A DNA stretch of 64,000 bases from Amphiscolops sp. MND2022 (Eukaryota): positions 20,214,001 to 20,278,000 of the forward strand of contig OZ076409.1 in the NCBI GenBank assembly GCA_964187785.1, in the 5' to 3' direction. A program made the position numbers and the translations under genes. Below are positions 23,301 to 35,300 of the stretch, one piece after another. A model generated the notes under the pieces. That model ran no database searches, was not told the DNA's origin, and saw only the letters and a list, made by a program, of their open reading frames with translations. Every line of letters begins with the position of its first letter. Position 1 is the stretch's first letter.

Positions 23301-26300
23301 AATCGAATCCAGCAGAATATTCCAGAATTATTAATAAGGAAATCGGAAGTAGGAAGTTGATTAGATGAAGCCTATGCATTTGTGGTTATTGCTGTGACTG
23401 AATATTACAATAGCTAATGATGGTCAAATAATAATGCAACTAAAAAACAATGATAACGTCTGTCTTTTAAGGTCAGTGTTTATGACTATGTTTCTGATCT
23501 GAATATTAATTAAGTATTCTGTCTGAGCAAGTCATTGTACCAGTTACGGACCAGCCAATGAAAACAAAAAAGCGTAGACAAAACTTACCAAATCCCACAT
23601 TGTTAACACACCAGATATGTCTAGAATGCAGCAACGACTGAAACGAAGAAAAGGTCATATGTTTTGAAACGCCAACTTTTTACTGGGTGAACCGAAAAAC
23701 GGAACGCATAAAAATGTATGAGCTTCCTAACTTCAAATATTTGTCAACAAACGTTTCAAACTGTCATTTTTTTAAAAGCGAAACAGTTTTCACACTATTT
23801 TTCCCTGAACGTTCGAACAATCCCCAGTTGAAAATGGTATTACGTAACGAGAGCTCCGCTTTACATTAACAGAAAAAGGTTTTCAGTGCCTTGTTTACTA
23901 GGTGAACCAAAAAAACGGAACGTACAAAAATTTGCGTCTTCAGAATTGTATTATTTGTAAACAAAAAAATGAAAATCGTTCAATTTTTCTGTCAGTCATT
24001 TAGAATGAAGCTCCTGTTACGTAATCACATCTTCAACTACGGATGGTTCAAACCTTCAGAAAAAGTGTATACGTCTTGACCAGTCATTTCATTCTCACTT
24101 TTATTGTGTGAAGTTCTTTCGCTTCGAAGAAAAGTTGCCAACTTGAATGATTGAGAGCAGCGTTCAAAGATGTTGTGAAACTTTTGTTTTTAAATATTTG
24201 AAGCTTTGAGAGATCGAAAATTTTTGTACGTTCCGTTTTTTTTTTGGTTCACCTAGTACAAAGATTACGACTTTAAAGACGCAAATTTTTATCCGATTCG
24301 TTTTTTATTCACCTAGCAAACTTGTTTGGTGGAAACAACATTCATCGTAGACATTCTATCAATTTTAAGATTAAACTGGTCAGATTTGTTGAAACAATGT
24401 AAATAGTTCAAACCAACACTATGAAAGTGAATGAAAACAGCGTACTACAAATTTTCAAGCTTTTGACGGATTCGTAAAACCACATTTCAATGGTCGTTCC
24501 AGTAATTATCAGTTCGCTTAGCCAACACAATCAATTTCAAAACCTAAAACCCTGACTTTTATCCACAAACACAATTCCTAGAATTAGAAACAATGACAAA
24601 AATGAAATATATACATTTCAGAAAAAAATGGCTCCATTATCTTAACTTCGTTTGCAAGAAAAATATTTGTAATATTGAGAGAAGTTATGGAATATTATGG
24701 AAGTTTAGGAGGAAGTTCGAGCGTGTTGATGCAAAAAGAATCTGCCTGATTTTGCTGTGCATCTCGCAACACTAAAGACACGAAATTTAGCTAAAATACT
24801 TGTAAAAAAAATTGATGTCTTTGTGAACTCTCCGAGTGCAAATGAAGATGATAAATTAAACAAACTAACGTTGAGTTGCAATTGATGTAGAGACTGTAAG
24901 CTCTAATATCAGCTTGTATCTTGTTCTGAAAGACTAGTTTGGGCAGAGAATAGCGTTGAATGATCCCAGATGCACGGCCTATGAGCAGAATCGAGTCAGA
25001 AGCTGCAATAGCACAGATGGGGTCTTGAGATTCTTTATCGGCTTTTGACCACGAATCAAACGTCACCACATTAGCAGCTGATGCTGATGAAGACTGTTTT
25101 GAAGAGGCATCCGTCACTGCATCGATGTGGATTAGCCTGAAACGATTCATATTTCAGCTTTCACAGAGACTTAATTTATACTTATCCTGTGTAATCAAGA
25201 ATATTAAGCTTTTCTTCAATGGTATGATTCAGAAGCACATTCACATTCACACAGACACAATGCCCAATCATGAAGAACACCGATGGTAGAAGTTAAAGCG
25301 GGACTGTTAAAGGCAATGGCATGAACATTACAGAAAAGGTATTCTACCGTCATCTCAGTGATTGGTTAGCCATGATAGGCGTTTTAAAGAGCATATTACC
25401 TGTGGCAGAGCAACTGCCGCCAATATTACGTAACCCCTTTAAAGAATCTCAAGAACTAAGAGGTCGTGTACTAACACAACCGTACTTGAAAAGAATTTGA
25501 AAAGAATCATTGCCACATGGTTAAATTTAAAATACAGTTACTCCAAATTCTATTAGTTGTATCTGAGTATCGAGACAGCTGCAACATTACCATCACACAC
25601 AGGATGGTTCAACACAAGTGTTTGACCCTAAATTAGGGCAATTTTAATTGTCTTTCGGTAGAGATGAACGCACTTGGATATTCAGAAGCGTTATATAACT
25701 GATGCAGAAAAGTTCGCAAGGATTTGATTACCAGAGAACTCAACACAAGAAAACTCAACACAAGAAAACTCAACACAGAAAACTCAACACAGAAAACTCA
25801 ACACATTTCAAGCAGATATCAATCGTGATATATATTATACATGCATACTCCTTGTTCGTTCTGCTCATAATTTATACATTTGACACAATTTTTCTAAAAG
25901 ATTTATGTTTCTGTTTGAACTTTTCCTATCGTTTTGTTTCATGGCTTGGACCAAAATAAACAATGTTTCAATGTAAAAAACAGTTTGATATAAGAAAAAT
26001 AAAATTTCAAGTTGTCGGGGAAATAATTGAATAAAAATGGTAAAAATTTCGGGATTTCATTTTAATGGGGAATTCACTTTACGTATCAATGATGATTTAC
26101 TGAGATACGGACAGATGGTGAATAAAATTGCTAATTAACTAACTTTTCAAATGATCTGGAGCTGGCATTTTAGATATTGCTTCATCTTGTAATTCCATCG
26201 AAAATTTTCCCATTATTTGACCAGGGAATTCACTTGACCTTGATTTGTCATAATCTTTCATTTTTGAATAGGAAATGTGAGCGCTCGCTTCATCAGGATC

Positions 26301-29300
26301 ACAGGAATGATTGTGGATGTATTTTGACTTAAGTATCGCCTTTCGTCTGAATGGTTGCAGGGTATTTTTTTTGAAGTATTCCTTACATTGTCAATCTTGC
26401 TAAGTGTAAAGGAAATTATACAGCTTTATATGTGTTTGAAATGAGTCGCAATTGTGATTAAGTGTAGACGGAAATGAAATTATACGGATTAAACAATTTT
26501 GGGAATTAAACTCAATTGAGGTGTTAACTTAACTGAATTAAATGTGTTGAGTTTCTGTGTTGAGTTTTCTGTTTTTTTTTTTTACTACGTGTTGAGTTTT
26601 CCGTGTTGAGTTTTCATGTGTTGAGTTTTACGTACATCATCAATTTAATCAGATATCAGTTATCCGACCTTCAAATTTGACAAGTTTTGCGTATTTTGAA
26701 AGCATCACGAAATACGCGAAGAAAAACTTTCATTGTTGAATAGTTTGGTTAGCTCTTTAGTTTCATGGTGAAAATCAGGAAACGTCATTGCAATATTCAA
26801 AAAAGTATACGTAAAGCAAACCTTTCTTTCAGTTCTTTTTTGCTGGCCTGCAGATTGATATCGGCGGACATGAGTTTGATTGGATCCGTGAACTGCCACA
26901 CGTAGTAAACATCTTTGTTGGCTGCGATGATTAAACTTGACGTCATGCACAAGAAAGTGGGTTCTAAAAACGACAAAAACGTTGACGATATTAGTGAGGA
27001 TGAGGGCCGGTACAGTCCTGTGATAGAAGAATGGAACCCCTAATTGATATCAATGTTTGGAACACTCAATTTTTCTGCGCATATCTCTCAAAGATCAAGT
27101 CTTAAAGAGAAATGACTGATAAAAATTTATTGGAATTTGATCTAGTTTACATTCGTGTTTTTAGTCGGAGCATTTTAACAAAATGAGCCCGACAATTACA
27201 GTGGCGAGTTTTTTTCTTTTTTTCGTCAGATAACAGAATGTATGCGTGGTGGACACTTTTTACAGAACTAATAAACTACTGGACAGGCAAACGGAAACGC
27301 ATCTAAGTTAGTGCAAAGGGTCACCCTTTCATTTACTCCCTTTTTAACGTAAGGCACAAAACCAGACGAGACTATAGGGTTTGAGTTTTTTCGGCACTGT
27401 GCGACTTTTTTTCGAAATTTTGTTTGTCTCCAAAGGGTCCCCCCTTCAAATTTTTTGATATTTTACAGCAAATTGAAGTTTCAAAAAGCCCAAAGGGTCT
27501 CCCCTTTCAAGTTTTTCGGCACTATGAGACTGGCTCAAAATTTTTATTTTTCGATTTTTTTTAAAAAATCCAAAGGGTCCCCCTTCTACAATTTCAAAAA
27601 GTTTGAGCTTTTTGAGACTTAGATATGGCACCGACTTTAGACGTTCCCGTCTTGTTCAATCTTCCGATTCATCGCTGTCCACTGATTGCACTATCAAACT
27701 TTGAGGCACTTAGTATTTACACGTTTCATTGAAGATATTTATTTTCTTGCCGACAATTAGCTGTTTCATTTTTTCTTTGTCTACGTTAGCGCAATTTTCA
27801 AGATTCTACGTATTCTTAACCCTAAATAGTCTAGCGGTACTTTAAAGCAGCCTTCCTTTTTCAACTTCTGACCCGTACTGCCAGTGGCCCATATTCTCCA
27901 GTACATTTTTAATTCAACTATTTCTTGGTACCCTGTTTGGTCTGAACGGCACAATTATTAGCAATAGTGAATTTTTTTTCAAAGCTGCGAAAAATGGGTT
28001 TCTCTCGCAAAAAAATACTTTTCCAAAATTACTTATGGCAAAATCCAGTTTTCTCAAACGCCCTTAGCCCATGAAAAAAAGCAACCAAATACCTTTCCAC
28101 AACAAGACCCTGTGCAGTAAAACCAAAGGTATGCTGTTGTTACTGCAAGTCCCGCGCAGCGTCGGTACCGGAAAGAGAAACTAAAATTCTAAAGAATGGG
28201 CGCGCGGCGACAGAGGCTCGCTCACATGACCAAAACTAAAGCCCAGTACCTTTCAAACGCGCTATACTTCATTTCTCTGGTATGCGTAGTTGTGGAGATA
28301 TTAATGATTGAAATTTTTTAGCCCGATTTTGTGAAAATTTGTAAAAACGCCCAGGTCAATTAGGGTTAACCCCAATCGACCTGGGCGTTTTTTAAAATTT
28401 TCGAAAAATTTTCCAAAAAAATTTCAATCATCGATATCTCCACAACTACGCGTACCAGAGGAACGAACTATAGCGCGTTTGAAAGGTCTGATATTGGGCT
28501 TTCATTTTGGTCAGGTGAGCCCCTGTCGCCGCGCGCCCCTTCCTTCAGAATTTTAGTCTCTTTTTCCGGTACCGCCGCTTCGCGGCAGTTCCGCACTTCG
28601 TGCGGCCCGCTGCGCGAGGGCTTGTAGTAACAACAGAATATTATAGGGGTTTGTTGCACTAGGACTTGTTGTGGAAGGGTATGTGGTTGGTTTTTTCTAT
28701 TGATCAAAGACTTTTGAGAAAACAGCATTTCGTCAAAATCTGAATTTTGAGAAAATATAAGTCTTTTCTTGTGCAAAAAACCCATTTTTCTCAGCTTTGG
28801 AGATATATTCCCTTTTTCTAATGCTTGTGCCATTCAAACCAATCTAGGTACCAATTACTTGTTGAAAAAAACCGTGCTAGAGAAAATGGGCTACTGGCAA
28901 AAGGAATCAGAATTTGGAAGAAAAGGTAGGCTGCTTTAAAGCATCACTAGGTTCATTGGGGTTAACATCTAGAAATTGAACTGACTATAAACTGTCATAA
29001 ACAGCTGGAATTTATCTTTTCACAGCAGGGGGTGTCGAAAAACTTAGTTTTGACCATATCAAAAGACTTTTGTTTCCAACTTGTTAACCCCAATCGACCT
29101 GGGTGTTTTTAAAAATTTTCGAAAAATTTTCCAAAAAAATTTCAATCATCGATATCTCCACAACTACGCGTACCAGAGGAACGAACTATAGCGCGTTTGA
29201 AAGGTCTGATATTGGGCTTTCATTTTGGTCAGGTGAGCCCCTGTCGCCGCGCGCCCCTTCTTCCTTCAGAATTTTAGTCTCTTTTTCCGGTACCGCCGCT

Positions 29301-32300
29301 TCGCGGCAGTTCCGCACTTCGTGCGGCCCGCTGCGCGGGGGCTTGTTGTAACAACAGAATATTATAGGGGTTTGTTGCACTAGGACTTGTTGTGGAAGGG
29401 TATGTGGTTGGTTTTTTCTATTGATCAAAGACTTTTGAGAAAACAGCATTTCGTCAAAATCTGAATTTTGAGAAAATATAAGTCTTTTCTTGTGCAAAAA
29501 ACCCATTTTTCTCAGCTTTGGAGATATATTCCCTTTTTCTAATGCTTGTGCCATTCAAACCAATCTAGGTACCAATTACTTGTTGAAAAAAACCGTGCTA
29601 GAGAAAATGGGCTACTGGCAAAAGGAATCAGAATTTGGAAGAAAAGGTAGGCTGCTTTAAAGCATCACTAGGTTCATTGGGGTTAAAGAACTCCGATTAT
29701 GGGCTATTTATGCGATTTTAGAGACGCGTACGGAACTACGGTCCCTGATGGTGCCAAGGCTGTCACAATTGGAGGAATGTAAACTAGACAAAAATCCGAG
29801 AAACTGTTTTTATCATATTTTAGAAAATTGACAGTTTTCAAGAAATTCGCAAAACCATTAGGCTATCTAAAATTAATTATCAAACAGTGGTTGGATTCTT
29901 TTATCACAGGACTGTATCTTTCTTCACAGATTAAAATCAAGTACACGGATCAATGAAGCAGGATTAAGCCGCAGTCAACTAGAAGAATGAGCTCAACACT
30001 CTTATAAAATCAACAAGACGAGAACGTCTAAAGTCTGCGCCATATCTAAGGCTCAAAAAGCGCAAAACAATTTTTTGGAAAAAAACTTGATTTTTGAAAA
30101 AATTTCTTCTTTCAAAAAAAGTCGCATAGTGCCGAAAAATGTAAAAGGGGGACCCTTCTGGATTTATTAACATACATTCCGTTGCAAAGTATCAAAAATC
30201 GCGAAGGGGGGACCCTTTGGGGACATTAAAAAATTTTCGAAAAAAAGTCGCACAGTGCCAAAAAAAATCCAAAGGGGGGACCCTTTAGGCACGTCCGGTT
30301 TTGTGGGTTTCCTTGAAAAAGTAAATAAAAAGTAAAAAACCAAAGGGGGACCCTTTGGAATAACATATGCGTTTCCGGGGTATTCGTTTAGTTGAAGATA
30401 CTGAACGTTAGCGTTCGTCGCTTCGAGTCTGTCTTAAATAAAAAAACGAGTGACTGTAATAGTCGGGCTCTTTTCTTAAGAAAAGTGCCGACTAAAAAGG
30501 ATTGAATGAAGTATATCAGAAGCAATGCCCAACAAGTGCAAGAATCAACTGAAAACGCATCTCATCTCAGAAAGTTGAGAAATCGATTTGAAAAAATCCA
30601 GAAACGCTAAAACGAACCAACCGAAGTAGATAAACTTGGATTCCAGTGGAGTTCCGATGGAATTGTACAGAACAAGCATTATGGTGTTGCTCGAAGGAAG
30701 TTGTTTCTTGACAACACAACAGTATTCTCCATGGGCTGCAATCAGCAGCAAAAGTGTTGAGCTGGGCAAGCTCTTCTTGTGCAATTCCATATTTTTCACG
30801 TCCCAAAAGGCAATCTGAGCGATTCCAGCTGCATCCGTGAACTCGTATACTATAGTGTTACTGCAGTAGCCCCACTGAAACATACATCAAAATTATTTAT
30901 TTTCGCTCTCATTTCCATATGGGAAAGCAAAATAACTAACGCGTTTTCAAAATTTTCTAAAATTTGCCATGTTGCAATGTCAACCAAATTGAAGAGGTTC
31001 ACTCATAGACTATGACTCATAGAATTCTACTGGCTTGAACTTAGCTTCGTTCAATATGTATGTGTAGAGATTTTTGGGTTTTTTGGTTGACCCCAAAAAG
31101 ACTCCAAATCGCCATTTTTTAGACTTTTTATGCTATTTTTGTTTCAACCCCAATTAACCTGGCTATGCTTCTAAGCAGCATACCTTTTTTCCACTAAACT
31201 CTTAAAAAATGGGTGTGCGGAGACAAGGGATCACCAAACAAACATGAAAGCCTAGTACCAGATATTTCAAAAGTGTTGATAGTCGGCGTTTTCGAAAAAA
31301 AAGCACGACTCTTACAGTGGCTAGTTTTTTTCGTCAGTTCAACGCGATCGGTCCACTTTTTTTGTTCATTTGTTCAACTTCTTGGCCGAGAGGTTAACCC
31401 GGATTTTCTGGGGTCTGAGAAGCAGGAGAGTGTGGGTTCGAGTCTCGCACTAAACCACAAATTATTTATGCTTCCAAAAGTAGAGGGGAGACCAAAGGGT
31501 TCCCCTATTGCGTTTTTTTCGGCACTATTCGACATTTTTTTCGAAAATTTTTGAATTCTATCAAAGGGTACCCCCTTGAATTTTTTGAAGTTTTCAATTT
31601 GTAAAAAACGTTTAATAAGCCTAAAGGGTATCGTTTTAGGTTTTTCGGCAATGAGACTTTTTTTTACCAAATACGTTTTTTCAAAAAATTTGCAAAAATG
31701 CCCAGGTCAATAAACTGGTTAAACGTCAATCCATTAAAGGTCAAAGGGGACATGACTAAAACGAACACGTCATCGACATTTCCATTTTTCCGAAACTGGT
31801 ATTTGCGAAATTGATTTCATTATGGGATGCAGACAAAACACAAGAACGTTTACGTTTTGATTTGAATTCAATAACCTTGTAATTCGGTCGAATATTTGCA
31901 AAATAGATGTGTGAATCCACAGCCAGTGCAATTCGGAGGCCTCCGCCTTCCCACGAACAACTTTCTATGCTGTTTCCTGGAACTCTCAGACTTCTGAGAT
32001 GCTGAAAAACAAGGGCTACATAAAATGCACACTCAAACACTTTTGGGTTGTGCAAAAAGGTATCATTTTACAAGTTTCAAGACCTTAACAGAAAAATTTG
32101 ATTCATTATCATTCTCACCTAAAAGCAATTACGTCATCGAAATCAAATAGTTTTTTGGTCCAAATACACGACTAACTTATCTTTCCGATACTAAATTTCT
32201 TAGCAGTCAAGAGATATTGATGCTCTATATTTGATTCATCTGAATCTAGGAAATGGCTTACCTCTCCGTTATGGGAAAAGAATTGAATGACGTTGTTTTT

Positions 32301-35300
32301 CTTATCTTCAGCCGACGGAGCTTGTTTGCCGGCAACAGCCAGACAACTGCCATTGTGATTCCACGCAGCACATACTATCGTCATATTTGTGTCAATCAGC
32401 ACTGGTTCTGACAAAGAAAAGGCTACTGAGCAATAGATTATACAAAATTGGATTTTTAAAATGAAAAAAAAACCAAGCCGGTGTCATTTGAAACCATCGA
32501 AAATATATTGTTTTTATAGCTACCTTTTTGGTGAATAGACAATTAGTAAGTCCCAGAAAAAATTTTGAATGTAAAAATTTGGGTTGACAAGAGGACGTCA
32601 AGTTTTGACGCAATAAGGAAGTTTTGAGAGCTTTGAATTGGATGATTAACCTTAACTTGGCCAATGTGCCAAATTTGGCACATTCATTTTCTGCAAATTC
32701 TAAACGCACCAGCTGATTGTATGGTAAAGCAAACTCTTGAATAAGATTTTCAGACAATATTGCATAGCATTCGGCGCCTTTTCACGGAATATTGACGTGA
32801 TGTCTCCGAAATCCAGAAAATAAGACAAGAAATTAAAAAAAATGCAGATTTTCCATTTTCCCAGTTTTCGTTTCTGACCCTTTTAACCCACTGGTATCAA
32901 CATTGGGTCAAAGCGGCCTCAGAATGTTTTGAAACATGTTGAAAAGCAAGCAGAGACACGACGCGTGCAAAGTTTTGGCGCAAAGTCCGGAGCCAGTGCG
33001 GCAAAGCTAGCGGGCCCCCAGCCCAGCAGTTTAAATATTGATTTGAAAGCCCTGGTGCTCCTCTTTCGAACGCTGTATAAATCGTTTTTCGGACTTGAAT
33101 AGTTCAGGAGATATTGCGGTTTAAAGTTGAAGCACCCGATTTTTGGATGGAACAAAAATTTTCCTGGCCAACTTAAGGTTAAGGAGCAAAACCAGTGAGT
33201 GAAGTATACTGACCATCATCCATATAGTGCTTCATGATCTGACACTTTCCGTTTTCATAGCAAATAGCCAATGAGTGGGCGTTTTCCCCAGGACTGCCAC
33301 CTGTGCCATTATACCAGGTCAAAGAGGCCACTTTGCTGAGAGGAGAGAAGAAATCTGTCTGCACTTTGGACTGAAACCAAAGTTTTCTGTTCAGATATAG
33401 AAATGAACCAGGAACACTTTAAATAATTAGAGCAACTAATTCAAAACGTTTTCTAAAAGAGAATAACTTTTTAAATTGACTGCCCGCTTGAATTAGGACC
33501 GAAAGAGTCTGATGGTTATCTTTAAATCCAATTTTAGCCAGCGCTTTTAGTTAAGACCAAACTCATCGAACCATTAGTCACTTCTTTTCTCCTTTAAGGC
33601 AAACACGAATACGACGAAAACGTATAGGGCGGCCCATCTGCCAGTTGGTCTCGAATCCAGCTTGGGTTCAGTTTCTCAAAAATGTTCTTCTGAATGACCA
33701 AACAGCTCCCCTTTGGGTGTTTTCGGCACTGTGTGACGCTTTTCGTAATTTTCTTTAAAGGAGAATGCATAAGACTCGAAAAACCGCTTTTACCCAAGTG
33801 GAACCATAGAAAAACCCATTATTTGATTTTTTTTCGACTATCTTTTCGGAAAAAAATCGCAATGCTGAAAGGAGCTGTCCACTCGCAAAACCACTTTTTT
33901 CAAGCCGAAATCAGTTATGAAAGTGAGGGGGGCTATGCTTAGACTAAATGAAAGTTTTTCGGAAAAAAAAGTAGCACAGACCCGAAAAAACCACGGCACC
34001 ACGACAATTCATACAAACGACATTTCGTACAATAGCCTAAAACCCTACATTTCGTACACGGACAATTGGTACAAAAATGAAACCGGACATTTCGTACAAA
34101 ATTACATTGAACAGATTTGCAAAATAGGTCTCAAACAACAGAATTACTAGCTTTTAGTGCTGTTACAGCCAATATGTATGGAACTTGATTCAAGAGGTTA
34201 GCATATATGTTGTATGGCCGGTCGCTTCGCTCCCTTCGCCAAGTAGCAACATTGAGGCATGGCCAAATGGCACGTCGCTCCGCTTCGCTTCGCTCCTGCA
34301 TTTAGGGCAATAGGGGTATGTGAACATAGCTGACTACGTTATAATAATAAGTTGTATAATATAAATTGCACGAAATGTCGGGTTTCATTTTTGTACGAAA
34401 TGTCTGGTTTCGTTTTTGTACGAAATGTCTGGTTTCGCTTTTGTACGAAATGTCTGGTTTTGGTTTTTGTACGAGATGTTGTGTGTACGAAATGTCGTGT
34501 GTACGAATTGTCGTGCCCCCAAAAACTTCAATCATTATGAAAACTCAACAGTTCCACAGGATCATAACAAGAGGTCACACTCAAGACTCGGAAAACGTAC
34601 GGAAAACATCAAAGACCCAAAATAAGTTCAATTTTTTATACTTCGGTAAGTCTGATGATGCTGAAAGACTGAAAGGGTCATCTATGCTTGCAAAACGCTT
34701 TGTTCCTGCTGAAAATCGAGGGAGGTTTGAAAAAATGTCGCACAGATCCTTTGGTCTCCCCTCTACTTTTGCAACCATTAAAAAATTCGGTTTAGTGCGA
34801 GACTCGAAACCAGATACTTCTGCTCCTCAGACCTCAGGAAATCCTCATTAACATCAACGCCAGGTTGCAGTTAAATGCTACTAATTTACAGCCAAATAGT
34901 TGCTTATACTAATGATCAATGAGAGCTTTTTTGTGGAATGAAAAGTTTCGAAAAGTCTCACAAAGCTAAAAAAAACAATTTTTTGAAGCAAAATGCTTGT
35001 AGTCCGAAGCAAAATGTCAAAATAACCCTAAATGGACGACAGTACGATTTTGTACCAGTTACTTTCTGCAATATTCTGAAGGCGCCCAGTTGACCGTATG
35101 GTAACGAAAACTCTTGAAAAAGATTTTCAGACAATTTTACATAGCATTGCACGCTTTTTCACGGAATATTGACTTGATGTCTCAGAAATCAAGTAACCGG
35201 GACCAAAAAAAAACTGGATACAGATTTTCCGTTTTCGTTTTTGGCCACTTTATCCCAGTGGTATCAAGATTGAGTCAAAGCGGCCTTAGCATGTTTTGAA

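Noticed and set aside
28468..29554. Twin 121/122-aa ORFs ([13 protein letters not shown]...) suggesting a duplicated gene
   Set aside because: Both lie inside near-identical TTAA-flanked MITEs; no recognisable domain.
34366..34520. Regular 23-nt repeats resembling a CRISPR array
   Set aside because: No unique spacers, no cas genes, eukaryotic intron, and an inverted counterpart nearby indicates a foldback repeat.
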